From the NCBI GenBank assembly GCA_040902005.1, contig JBBDYA010000072.1:1-26740 (forward strand): a stretch of 26,740 nt of DNA, given 5' to 3'. Both the position numbers and the translations under genes were made by a program. This document shows, piece after piece, positions 1 through 9,063 of this stretch (positions are counted from its first letter, which is position 1; every line of letters starts with the position of its first letter). The notes beneath the pieces are model-generated. The model was not told the DNA's origin. It did not search any database and saw nothing but the letters and a program-made list of their open reading frames with translations. Source of the stretch: Gemmatimonadaceae bacterium (GTDB lineage: Bacteria; Gemmatimonadota; Gemmatimonadetes; Gemmatimonadales; Gemmatimonadaceae).

Positions 1-1109
1 CGTACTGGTACCATCCGCACCCGCACCACCGAACCGGGGTGCAGGTGTACCGCGGACTCGCCGGTGTATTGATCGTCTCGGACGACGAAGAGGCCGCCGC
101 GGGACTGCCGTCCGGCGCGCAGGAACTGGTGTGCGTCCTTCAGGATCGCGCGTTCACGGCGGAGAACCAGCTCGCGTATCCTGAGGACATGATGACGCAG
201 CGCCTCGGCTTCCTCGGCCAGCGCGCGCTCGTGAACGGTCGTGAGCATCCGCGGGTACGGGTCGGCACGCGCGCGTATCGCCTCCGCCTGCTCAACGCGT
301 CGAGCTCGCGCGTGTACAGTCTCGTGTGGAGCGACGGTACGCCGATGACCGTGATCGGCAGCGACGGCGGCTTGCTCGAACGTCCGGTCCAGCAGCGTGC
401 GGTCACTCTCGCGCCGGCGCAGCGCGTCGACGTGATCGTCAACTTCAGCGGGCGGACCGTCGGGTCGACGGTGGAATTGCGGAGCGCACCGTTTCCTGCG
501 GCCGAGGTCGCTCCGTTGAGCGGTGGAATGGGCGGTGGCGGCATGGGACGCGGTCGCAGTGCGGCGGCCGAAGTGCCGCTGGGCGCCCCGCTCACCCTCA
601 TGACATTCGAAGTCGCACGGCGCGAGACAGAACGCTTTGTACTCCCGGAACGGTTGTCGACCTTCGATGCGGCGTGGAGTGCGGGGCCGGATCTTCCAAC
701 GCGGCGCATCGAGCTGTCGTTCGCGGCCGGCCAATGGCTGCTCGCGGGACGGACGTTCGACATGACGGATGTTGCGCGCGAAGAGATCGTGCGCGCGGGC
801 GGAACCCAGCTATGGGAAGTGGCGAACGTGGGCGGGATGATGGGCACGCCCATGGCCCATCCGCTCCATGTGCACGGACCGCAGTTCCGCGTGCTGTCGC
901 GCACGCGCGCCGGCGGTGGGCCAACGCCCGCCGTCGCCGACGGACGTGTCGATGCCGGCTGGATGGATACGGTGCTCGTGCTGCCCAACGAGACCGCGCG
1001 CCTGCACGTGCGTTTCACACGGCACCCCGGTCTCTACCTCTACCATTGCCACATTCTCGAGCACGAGGACCTTGGAATGATGCGCAACTTGCGCGTAGTG
1101 TCCGAGTGA
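1..1109 (+). CDS. Multicopper oxidase (CueO/bilirubin-oxidase-like), 5' end outside the window
   Basis: The frame is open from base 3 and reads YWYHPHPHHRTGVQVYRGLAG (Cu-binding motif). It also has HPLHVHG, HCHILEHEDLGMM and a Met/Gly-rich loop GGMGGGGMG. Confidence 0.95.
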   Translation, partial: YWYHPHPHHRTGVQVYRGLAGVLIVSDDEEAAAGLPSGAQELVCVLQDRAFTAENQLAYPEDMMTQRLGFLGQRALVNGREHPRVRVGTRAYRLRLLNASSSRVYSLVWSDGTPMTVIGSDGGLLERPVQQRAVTLAPAQRVDVIVNFSGRTVGSTVELRSAPFPAAEVAPLSGGMGGGGMGRGRSAAAEVPLGAPLTLMTFEVARRETERFVLPERLSTFDAAWSAGPDLPTRRIELSFAAGQWLLAGRTFDMTDVAREEIVRAGGTQLWEVANVGGMMGTPMAHPLHVHGPQFRVLSRTRAGGGPTPAVADGRVDAGWMDTVLVLPNETARLHVRFTRHPGLYLYHCHILEHEDLGMMRNLRVVSE

Positions 1110-1171
1110 CGGCCGTCCGAAGGTGATGGTCGTCGCAAGCCGTTGCAGCGGCGCAGTCAGCGACCACGGCC

Positions 1172-3049
1172 TTGAGACTTCCTAGCGCCGCTACCGGCCT
1201 GTGGCACCGCAGGACGACGGTCATCGCGGCGCTTTCGGTCGCGGCGATTCTCCTGCATCTGCTGCTCCGCTTCGCCTTCGACGCGACTCCGCGCACGTAC
1301 CAGGTTCCCTTGCTGGTTACGATCGCTCTCGGCGGCGTGCCGCTCGTCTATGACCTGCTTCGGAAGCTGCTGAAGCGGGAGTTCGGGTCCGATCTGTTGG
1401 GCGGAATTGCCATCGTGACGTCTGTCCTGCTGGGCGAGTACCTGGCCGGCTCCATCATCGTGTTGATGCTTTCTGGAGGTGAGGCGTTGGAGAGCTACGC
1501 GTTGCGCAGCGCCTCTTCGGTGCTGGCCGCGCTGGCCAAACGGATGCCTTCGACCGCCCACCGGAAGCGCGGAGCAGAAATGCTCGACGTGGCGCTGGAG
1601 GAGATTGCGGTGGACGACACGCTCGTGATCTATCCGCATGAGATTTGTCCCGCCGATGGCGTGGTGATCGAGGGCCACGGGGTGATGGATGAATCGTATC
1701 TGACGGGCGAGCCGTTCCAGATTACCAAGACCTCCGGCTCGACGGTCATCTCGGGCGCCATCAACGGCGAGTCGGCCCTGACTATTCGCACGACCCAGCG
1801 TGCGGCCGATTCGCGCTATGCGAAGATCATGGAAGTCATGCGCGAGTCGCAGGCCACGCGACCGCAGTTGCGGCGTCTGGGCGATCGCCTGGGAGCGATC
1901 TACACTCCTGTGGCAGTGACGGTCGCCATCCTCGCGTGGGCCATCAGCGGAGATCCGATCCGCTTTCTCGCGGTGCTGGTGATCGCCACACCGTGCCCGC
2001 TCCTCATCGCGATCCCAATCGCCATCATCGGTTCGATTTCCCTCTGTGCCCGCCGGGCGATCATCGTCAAGAGTCCCGTCGTGCTCGAGCGGATCGCCGA
2101 ATGCCGCACCGCGATTTTCGACAAGACTGGTACGCTGACCTATGGCGAGCCGACGCTGACGGAGCAGCTCGTTGCGCCGGGATTCAACCAGAAGGAAGTG
2201 CTGACACTCGTGGCGAGTCTGGAGCGCTATTCCAAGCACCCGCTGGCCCGAGCCATCCTCGTGGCGGCGAAGGAGGATGCGCTCCAACTCCCGGAGGCCA
2301 CCGAGGTCAACGAACAGCCCGGCCACGGGCTGCGCGGAGTCGTCTCCGGTCGTCAACTGCAGATCACGAGCCGCGGCAAGCTCGCGGCGGAAAAGATCGC
2401 GGGCGCCGATCAGCTTCCACCGGTCGCGGGAGGCCTCGAGTGCGTGGTGGCGATTGACCAGCGATACGCGGCGGCCCTGCGTTTTCGTGATGCGCCGCGC
2501 GCGGAGAGCCGCTCGTTTGTGAGCCACCTCGGACCGAAGCATCAATTCTCGCGCGTGATGATCGTGTCGGGAGATCGCGAGTCGGAGGTGCGCTACCTCG
2601 CCGAGCAGGTAGGCATTACCGAGATCTACGCCGAGAAGAGTCCCGAGGAAAAACTTGCCATCGTCCGCACGGAGACCGCCGCCGCCCGGACCCTGTACGT
2701 GGGCGACGGCATCAATGACGCCCCGGCCATGATGGCCGCCACGGTCGGGATGTCGATCGGACAGAACAGCGACGTGACCGCGGAAGCGGCTGGTGTCGTG
2801 GTGATGGACAATTCCCTCAGGAAGGTGGACGAGTTCATGCACATCAGCCGCCGGATGCGATCCATCGCGCTCCAGAGCGCGGTGGGTGGCATGGCGCTGA
2901 GCCTCATCGGGATGGGCTTCGCAGCGACCGGTTATCTGAGTCCGGTGAGCGGCGCCATCGCGCAGGAGGTCATCGACGTGGCGGCCGTGCTGAACGCATT
3001 GCGAGCCGCATTCCCGCCCAGAGTCATCCATGATATGACGCCTGCGTGA
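1172..3049 (+). CDS. Heavy-metal P1B-type ATPase, P1B-5-like (TPCP motif), with no N-terminal metal-binding domain and no hemerythrin tail
   Basis: [32 protein letters not shown] and QEVID in the last TM helix. The TTG start is uncertain. Confidence 0.93.
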   Translation: MRLPSAATGLWHRRTTVIAALSVAAILLHLLLRFAFDATPRTYQVPLLVTIALGGVPLVYDLLRKLLKREFGSDLLGGIAIVTSVLLGEYLAGSIIVLMLSGGEALESYALRSASSVLAALAKRMPSTAHRKRGAEMLDVALEEIAVDDTLVIYPHEICPADGVVIEGHGVMDESYLTGEPFQITKTSGSTVISGAINGESALTIRTTQRAADSRYAKIMEVMRESQATRPQLRRLGDRLGAIYTPVAVTVAILAWAISGDPIRFLAVLVIATPCPLLIAIPIAIIGSISLCARRAIIVKSPVVLERIAECRTAIFDKTGTLTYGEPTLTEQLVAPGFNQKEVLTLVASLERYSKHPLARAILVAAKEDALQLPEATEVNEQPGHGLRGVVSGRQLQITSRGKLAAEKIAGADQLPPVAGGLECVVAIDQRYAAALRFRDAPRAESRSFVSHLGPKHQFSRVMIVSGDRESEVRYLAEQVGITEIYAEKSPEEKLAIVRTETAAARTLYVGDGINDAPAMMAATVGMSIGQNSDVTAEAAGVVVMDNSLRKVDEFMHISRRMRSIALQSAVGGMALSLIGMGFAATGYLSPVSGAIAQEVIDVAAVLNALRAAFPPRVIHDMTPA

Positions 3050-5796
3050 AGCCCGACGCCGAGCAGCCCGGGCGCGAGGCCTGGCACAACCGGTCTGTTG
3101 AGGACGCGCTCGCGCAGACGGGTTCCTCAGCGGCCGGTCTGTCGGCCGAGGACGCCGCGCGGCGTCTCGCGGCTGACGGACCGAACGAACTGAAGGAGGG
3201 CAAGCGCATCAGCCCTCTTCAGATTCTCATCAGCCAGTTCAAGAGCCTCTTCATCTGGATTCTTCTCGCAGCCGGCGTGACGTCCGTGGTGCTGGGCGAC
3301 GTACTGGACGCCATCGCCATCTTCGCGATCGTCGTCCTCAATGGCGTCATCGGCTTCTTCCAGGAGTTCAAGGCGGAGAAGTCCATCGCGGCGCTTAAGA
3401 AGATGACCGCGGCGCAGGCCAAGGTGCGACGCGACGGGCAGGTCGTTCTGAGCCCCGCGACAGGCATCGTCGCCGGCGACATCCTCGTGCTCGAATCCGG
3501 CGACCTGATCGCGGCTGATGCCCGGCTCACGGAAGTGGCCTCGCTCACATGCATCGAGTCGGCCCTGACCGGCGAGTCAGAGGCCGTGCTGAAGCAGGTC
3601 GTTGCCCTGACCGAGCGCGACGTCCCGCTCGGCGACCGCGACAACATGGTGTTCATGGGCACGAGCGTGACGGCCGGCACGGGACGGGCCGTCGTCGTGG
3701 GAACGGCGATGAAATCGGAGCTGGGACGCATCGCGGGCTCGCTCGAAGGCGCGGACGCGGAAAAGGGAACGCCGCTCCAACAAAAACTCGATTCTGTGGG
3801 ACGTATTCTTGTCTGGGCTGCGTTAGGCATCGTCGGGCTGCTGTTCGGGCTGGGGCTGCTTCGTGGGACGCCCCTCGCCGAATTGCTCATGACGTCGATC
3901 AGTCTCGCTGTGGCCGCCGTCCCGGAAGGGCTTCCCGCGGTGGTCACGGTGGCGCTGTCGCTTGGCGTGCTCCGCATGGCGCGCCGCCGCGTGCTCGTGC
4001 GCAAGCTGGCCGCGGTGGAGACGCTGGGTTCAACAAGCGTCATCTGTACGGACAAAACCGGCACGTTGACCGTCGGCGAGATGACTGTGCGCACGCTCTA
4101 CGTCGCGGGCCAGAGCTACGAGGTCACTGGCGAAGGCTACGGGCCGGACGGTGAAGTCCGGATCGACGGCGGGAAGGCCAAAGGATCGCACGCCGCGCCA
4201 TTACTCGAACTCGCGACCGTAATCCTTGGTTGCAACAACGCGCATCTGGTCCAGGAAGACGGAGCATGGAAGGTGGTCGGCGATCCCACCGAGGGAGCCT
4301 TGCTGGCGGCCGGTTCCAAGGCGGGCGGACAGCGGGATCGCATCGAGAAGGAGCAGCCAAAGCAGCACGAGATACCGTTCGACTCCGACCGCAAACGAAG
4401 CACGGTGATCCGCCGGATGCCGGACGAGAAGCTCCGGGCGTATGTCAACGGCGCGCCCGGCGCGTTGCTCCAGCGCTGCACACTCATGTATACCACCTCG
4501 GGTGTGCGCCCACTGACGGAACAGGACCGGGAGCGCATTCTGGCGCAAACGTCCGGGATGGCGAAGCAGGCGCTGCGCGTGCTCGCGTCCGCGTATCGCG
4601 ACCTGCTCGACACCTCATCCGCCGGCTTTACCGTGGACGCCGTTGAGCGCGATCTTGTCTTTGTCGGGCTGACGGGGATGTATGACCCGCCCCGAGCCGA
4701 GAGCAAAGACGCGATCGCGAAGTGTCGCGCCGCGGGCATTCGTGTGGTGATGATTACCGGCGACCATCCGCACACGGCCGCGGCGATCGCCGACGAACTT
4801 GGCATCGCGGCGGGCGCCGTTACCGTCACGGGCACGGAGCTGGACACGACCTCCGACGAAGAGCTTCGGCGGCGCGCGCCTGACGTAGCCGTGTATGCCC
4901 GTGTCACCGCCGATCAGAAGCTGCGGATCATTCGGGCGTTGAAAGCCAATGACGCCGTCGTGGCCATGACTGGCGATGGAGTGAACGATGCCCCTGCGAT
5001 CAAGGGGGCGGACATCGGTATCGCCATGGGGAAATCGGGCACGGAAGTGACGAAGCAGGCAGCGGACATGATCATCACGGACGACAACTTCGCGACGATC
5101 GTGTCTGCCGTTGAAGAGGGCCGGGGCATTTACGACAACATCCGCAAAACGCTCCAATACCTGCTCGCCGGCAACACCGGTGAGCTGCTGTTCATGACGA
5201 TCGCGGTCGTGGCGGGCTTACCCTCACCTCTGCTACCCATTCACCTGCTGTGGATCAACCTGGTCACCGATGGCTTGCCCGCGCTCTGCCTCGCGGCTGA
5301 CCCCACCGATCCCGACGTGATGAAACGCCGCCCGCGCCCGCGTTCGGAGCGCATCACCGACCGACGCTTTGTCGGCACGATGTTCCTGACCGGCTCCCTC
5401 ACCGCAGGCATCGCGTTCGCGGTGTACCTCTATGCCTTGAAGAATGGCACAACGGAAACGGCCCGCTCATACGCTTTTACCGTGCTGGTTTTTGCCGAGC
5501 TCCTGCGGTCCTTTGGCGCGCGCAGCGCCATCACGCCAGTCTGGCGAATCTCGCTGCTCACCAACATGAGCCTCGTCATCGTAGTTACTCTCTCGCTCGC
5601 GTTTCAGGTGTGGAGTGCACGCAATGCGACTCTGGGCGGCTTTCTGCGGACGTCGCCCATTTCACTTGCCTATTGCTTCCTGCTTCTGGCAGCAGGCGCT
5701 GTTCCGCTGGCTTTGCTCGAAGTGGTGAAAGTCGTGCGGAATGCGCGTGCCCGCTCCGTGGGTCACGAGAGAGGATCTACACCTGAGGGGGCGTGA
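3046..5796 (+). CDS. Cation-transporting P-type ATPase, P2A (SERCA-like/Ca2+) type
   Basis: GPNEL N-terminal motif, [47 protein letters not shown] start/stop overlap with the upstream ATPase. Confidence 0.93.
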   Translation: MKPDAEQPGREAWHNRSVEDALAQTGSSAAGLSAEDAARRLAADGPNELKEGKRISPLQILISQFKSLFIWILLAAGVTSVVLGDVLDAIAIFAIVVLNGVIGFFQEFKAEKSIAALKKMTAAQAKVRRDGQVVLSPATGIVAGDILVLESGDLIAADARLTEVASLTCIESALTGESEAVLKQVVALTERDVPLGDRDNMVFMGTSVTAGTGRAVVVGTAMKSELGRIAGSLEGADAEKGTPLQQKLDSVGRILVWAALGIVGLLFGLGLLRGTPLAELLMTSISLAVAAVPEGLPAVVTVALSLGVLRMARRRVLVRKLAAVETLGSTSVICTDKTGTLTVGEMTVRTLYVAGQSYEVTGEGYGPDGEVRIDGGKAKGSHAAPLLELATVILGCNNAHLVQEDGAWKVVGDPTEGALLAAGSKAGGQRDRIEKEQPKQHEIPFDSDRKRSTVIRRMPDEKLRAYVNGAPGALLQRCTLMYTTSGVRPLTEQDRERILAQTSGMAKQALRVLASAYRDLLDTSSAGFTVDAVERDLVFVGLTGMYDPPRAESKDAIAKCRAAGIRVVMITGDHPHTAAAIADELGIAAGAVTVTGTELDTTSDEELRRRAPDVAVYARVTADQKLRIIRALKANDAVVAMTGDGVNDAPAIKGADIGIAMGKSGTEVTKQAADMIITDDNFATIVSAVEEGRGIYDNIRKTLQYLLAGNTGELLFMTIAVVAGLPSPLLPIHLLWINLVTDGLPALCLAADPTDPDVMKRRPRPRSERITDRRFVGTMFLTGSLTAGIAFAVYLYALKNGTTETARSYAFTVLVFAELLRSFGARSAITPVWRISLLTNMSLVIVVTLSLAFQVWSARNATLGGFLRTSPISLAYCFLLLAAGAVPLALLEVVKVVRNARARSVGHERGSTPEGA

Positions 5797-6742
5797 TCGC
5801 CCGAGTTGCAATGGTAGCCCGCAGCGTCAGGTCGAAGACCGGATAAATGTCGAGCGGATAGTAGGAGAGCTTGGCCTGGCGCAGGCCCGGACGGTTCAGG
5901 TCCTCTTCGCGGTTGATCAAGTGGTATCCAGCCGCCGCGATCATGCGGGAAGTCTCGCGATTGATCATCTGGTAGAGACCCTTGAAGGTCCGCAACGCCT
6001 TCTCGAAATGGACCGCGGCGGTATCGAGGTTCTGCCGCTCGAAGATGGAGAACGCTACCGGCCGCCCGGCGATGCGGATCATGAGCCCGTTCTGCTCCAG
6101 CTCGTCGAAGTGCGTCATCGTGAAGGTCAGCGCCTTCAACTCGGAGACCAGGGATGGGTCGTCAGGGGAAAGCCCATCGCCGTGGGCTACCTCCAGCAGC
6201 ACGTCGCGGCACACCGGGCCGCACGCAGCGTCGAGCGGCGCCGCGTCCCAGTCCGGATGCAGGTCCAGAAACTGCGCGATCAGGTTGCGCTTCTTCGCGT
6301 AACGGCCGCCGGGCAGGTCGGCCAGGTCGTGAGCGAGGTAGACATAGTTGGCGCCGCCGCGATCTTCTTCTGCCGTGAAATGCGCGCTGAAGGTCGGGTT
6401 CTTCTCGATGTAGTCCTTGCTCACATAGATCATCTGCATCTGGTACGAGAGCTTTCTCGCGTCCGCGACTAATTCCTCGCAGCACGCCGCCGTCGGCACG
6501 CCGATTGGCTGCAACAGATGCCGCTCTCCGACGCGCTCGTGCGGGGTTCGGGAGAGCAGCAGACACTCCGGTCCCACACGGGCCCACATCACTCCGTACG
6601 GCTCGGCCCAGGCGGCCAGAGATGCGAAGGTGTATCCGGAGGCGCGCTGCGGGTAGCGTCGGAGGTAATCCTGGAGCACCGCCTGGTCTTGAAGGCGCAC
6701 GGCCTGGAAGGGGTGACCGAGAAAGATCAGTGTGTCGCTCAT
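5777..6742 (-). CDS. DUF2156-family protein (GNAT-like, related to the phosphatidylglycerol lysyltransferase C-terminal domain)
   Basis: YVY..DLADLPGGRYAKKRN, VHFEKA, GLYQMIN, INREEDL..PGLRQAKLSYYP. The ATG at 6742 overlaps the CDF stop (ATGA). Confidence 0.85.
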   Translation of the reverse strand: MSDTLIFLGHPFQAVRLQDQAVLQDYLRRYPQRASGYTFASLAAWAEPYGVMWARVGPECLLLSRTPHERVGERHLLQPIGVPTAACCEELVADARKLSYQMQMIYVSKDYIEKNPTFSAHFTAEEDRGGANYVYLAHDLADLPGGRYAKKRNLIAQFLDLHPDWDAAPLDAACGPVCRDVLLEVAHGDGLSPDDPSLVSELKALTFTMTHFDELEQNGLMIRIAGRPVAFSIFERQNLDTAAVHFEKALRTFKGLYQMINRETSRMIAAAGYHLINREEDLNRPGLRQAKLSYYPLDIYPVFDLTLRATIATRAITPPQV

Positions 6743-7638
6743 GGCTGCGTGTCGCGGCGAGGCGCACACGCGTCGTCCAGGCGGGTGGTCTCGACCTGGA
6801 TGGTCGGATGGGTGATCTCGAAGCGGTCACGAAGGGCGCGGGCGGCAGCTTCGAAGAAGGGGGTTCCCGGATACCCGGCGGGCATTACCAGGTGCGCGGT
6901 GAGGGCGACCCCCGACGTGCTCGTCGCCCAGACGTGGAGATCATGCACGGTCTCCACGCCCGGAAGGGAGCGCAGGTACGAGTCCACCTGCGGGAGCTCG
7001 ATGGCGTCCGGGACGCCGTCGAGCATGAGGTGGAGTGACTGTCGGAATAGAGACCATGCTCCGATCACGATCACACCCGCGATTACCAGGCTGGTCACGG
7101 GGTCGAGCCACGACCATCCGGTGCGGAGATACAGAAAGCCGGCGGCGACCACACCGAGTGAAACCAGGGCGTCGGCCGCCATGTGGAGAAACGCGCCGCG
7201 GATGTTGAGGTCTCGCTGCCCGGACCGGAAGAGGAGCGCGGTCGCGGCGTTCACGACCACACCCACCGCGGCCACCATCATGACCGTGCCGCCCTCAACC
7301 GCGACTGGCGCACGCAGCCGGTGCAGTGCCTCCCAGATCAACGCGCCCATCGCGATCATGAGCAGCAAGGCGTTGGCGAAGCTCGCCAGGATCGATGCCC
7401 GCTGCCATCCATACGTGTGGCGGAGGTTGGGGCGAAGGCCAGCGGCGAACACGCCGCCCCAGGCGAGGACCAGCCCCGCGACGTCGATCAGGTTGTGACC
7501 TGCGTCGGCGAGCAGGGCGAGGGAGTGGACGCGCCAGCCCTGGAACGCCTCGAACAGAACGAAGCCGACGTTCATCGCGATCGCCAGCGCGAACGTGCGG
7601 CCAAACGTGGCCGGCCCGTGGTCGTGCGCGGAAGTCAC
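6739..7638 (-). CDS. Cation diffusion facilitator (CzcD/ZitB-like Zn/Co/Cd efflux transporter)
   Basis: SLALLADAGHNLID (HxxxD), HTYGWQRASILA, NIRGAFLHMAAD (HxxxD), HDLHVW, HPTIQVE; about six hydrophobic segments. Confidence 0.93.
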   Translation of the reverse strand: MTSAHDHGPATFGRTFALAIAMNVGFVLFEAFQGWRVHSLALLADAGHNLIDVAGLVLAWGGVFAAGLRPNLRHTYGWQRASILASFANALLLMIAMGALIWEALHRLRAPVAVEGGTVMMVAAVGVVVNAATALLFRSGQRDLNIRGAFLHMAADALVSLGVVAAGFLYLRTGWSWLDPVTSLVIAGVIVIGAWSLFRQSLHLMLDGVPDAIELPQVDSYLRSLPGVETVHDLHVWATSTSGVALTAHLVMPAGYPGTPFFEAAARALRDRFEITHPTIQVETTRLDDACAPRRDTQP

Positions 7639-7721
7639 GGGACCCTGCCTGCGGTCGAGGCGGAGCTTCCGCGTGCGTCGAGCTGGTCTGCGTTCACATC
7701 GACCGTGAACTTGTGAGCCAC
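7635..7721 (-). CDS. Possible 28-aa ORF or gene remnant coupled to the CDF gene
   Basis: GAGG 8 nt upstream of a GTG; reads VAHKFTVDVNADQLDARGSSASTAGRVP*. Its TGA overlaps the CDF GTG start (GTGA). Confidence 0.25.
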   Translation of the reverse strand: MAHKFTVDVNADQLDARGSSASTAGRVP

Positions 7722-7739
7722 TATGCCGCCTCTGCTTGC

Positions 7740-7765
7740 TTGAACTGCATCGCTGGCAAGTTCAA
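7740..7765. promoter_or_regulatory. Inverted repeat TTGAACT-N12-AGTTCAA, possible operator upstream of the CDF operon
   Basis: Perfect 7-bp AT-rich arms at 7740-7746 and 7759-7765 in a GC-rich background; function inferred from position only. Confidence 0.3.
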
Positions 7766-8116
7766 CACCATACCCACACATGCATCGGCGGCTCTATTCC
7801 TTCTTTGGCCGTGCCCGAGTGAATCGCCGCACCGGTGCGGTAGTTCACGCCGTAGCCGATCAGCGGCAAGCCGTAGTTGAGGCCAGGACGGAGGAGGTTG
7901 AGCTCATCGCCCCCCTGTGGACCGTGCTCGTGCAGCCACACGTCCCCCGTCGTGGGATGAACAGCAAGTCCCTGGGCATTCCTGTGGCCGTAGGTCCAGA
8001 TCTCGGGAAGGGCGCCGGCGCGGCCGACGAAGGGATGGTCTGCGCGGAACGCGTCCGTCGTCGTGGAGGCGGACCGTCGTACCGTTGTGGTTCGACAGAT
8101 CCTGAGCGGGGTGTGC
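7762..8116 (-). pseudogene. Internal fragment of a PQQ-dependent sugar (glucose/sorbosone) dehydrogenase with a frameshift near 8044
   Basis: AHPAQDLSNHNGTTVRLHDDGRVP lies in one frame and continues after one extra base as ADHPFVGRAGALPEIWTYGHRNAQGL...EHGPQGGDELN..PGLNYG. Both termini are missing. Confidence 0.85.
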
Positions 8117-8427
8117 GGCGAGTAAATGGTATAGAGCCGCAGCGGAGCGGTCTTCGACGCATTGAGAACATTGTGGTACATCCCGGCGGGGACCACGACT
8201 GCATCCCCGTCGCGCGCCATGTGCTCCTTCCCGCTCAACACAAACTCTCCCTCTCCCTGCTCGACGCGGAAGAATTGATCGACAGCCGGATGCATCTCCT
8301 TGCCGATCTCTTCGCCGGGCTGCAGGCACATCACGACGAGCTGGCTATGCGGGCCCGTGAATGGCACCTGGCGGAAATAGGCGTTTTTCAGGGTCTGCGT
8401 CTCAATCGGGCCGACGTATCCGGTCAT
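8114..8427 (-). pseudogene. Cupin-domain protein, 3'-truncated and read through into the dehydrogenase fragment (ORF 7762-8427)
   Basis: RBS GGGAG then NAYFRQVPFTGPHSQLVVMCLQPGEEIGKEMH..DQFFRVEQGEG...VPAGMYHNV..LYTIYSP; similarity stops there. Confidence 0.8.
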
Positions 8428-8487
8428 TGCGGTGGACTCCCTCTGTGGCCTGTGGTGTCGATCTTGTGGCGTAGTTGCGCTCGCGCG

Positions 8488-8694
8488 TTACGCCGCTTGC
8501 GGCGCGTAGCCGGCGGTGGTGATGCTATCGAAGATGGCGTCTCGGTCAGTAACGGACGGGTCGTATGACACGGCCGTCGATCCGACCGTAACCCGCTCGA
8601 CGCGCACGCCTGGGAGGCGGCCTAGCGCGCGCTCAACGTTGCGGACGCAGCCGCCGCAACTCATCCCTTGAATGGGAATGGTGATCTGGTTCAT
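8488..8694 (-). CDS. copZ: Heavy-metal-associated (HMA) copper chaperone, CopZ-like
   Basis: 68 aa with GMSCGGC and C-terminal AGY; GGAG RBS. Confidence 0.92.
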   Translation of the reverse strand: MNQITIPIQGMSCGGCVRNVERALGRLPGVRVERVTVGSTAVSYDPSVTDRDAIFDSITTAGYAPQAA

Positions 8695-8714
8695 GGTGAC
8701 TCCGAATTATTCAG

Positions 8715-8951
8715 TTGCGTTTTCCCCATCTGATGGAGATGGACTATCGGGCGCTTCGCACGGATCGCTGGAAGTACATCCACTGGATGCACTTCCCGGA
8801 TGAGGACGAGCTGTACGACCTGCGCGCCGACTCGCTGGAGCTGAACAACCTGGCCCGATCCCCCCAGTACGCGAACATCCGTGAGGAACTGCGCGCGGAG
8901 CTGGGGCGCCAGGTGCTCGGCGCCATGCGACTGGGCGTCAGCCACCACTGA
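8715..8951 (+). pseudogene. C-terminal remnant of a sulfatase
   Basis: YRALRTDRWKYIHW....ELYDLRAD..ELNNLA..PQYA...EELR is the typical sulfatase C-terminus. There is no CxPxR catalytic region and only 20 bp separate it from the divergent copZ start. Confidence 0.8.
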
Positions 8952-9063
8952 GTCGAGCGGTCGCCTGACGTTCCCTCCCTTCTGGCGAGGGCATCCACCG
9001 GGAGTATGTTCGGGCCTGGCTGTTTCGCTCTGTTTCCCACACCTGCTGGTCTCGAGCTCCTCT

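Noticed and set aside
1157..3031. Long antisense ORFs (624 aa here; also 8938-10764, 12761-14710, 15170-16261, 24588-25697)
   Set aside because: They shadow well-supported genes on the opposite strand, which is expected in high-GC DNA, and they carry no motifs.
8881..9063. Upstream ORF extensions of the kinase (also 19637-19852, 20088-20291, 14192-14332, 23164-23448)
   Set aside because: They overlap neighbouring genes or lack family similarity; later starts fit RBS positions and family N-termini better.
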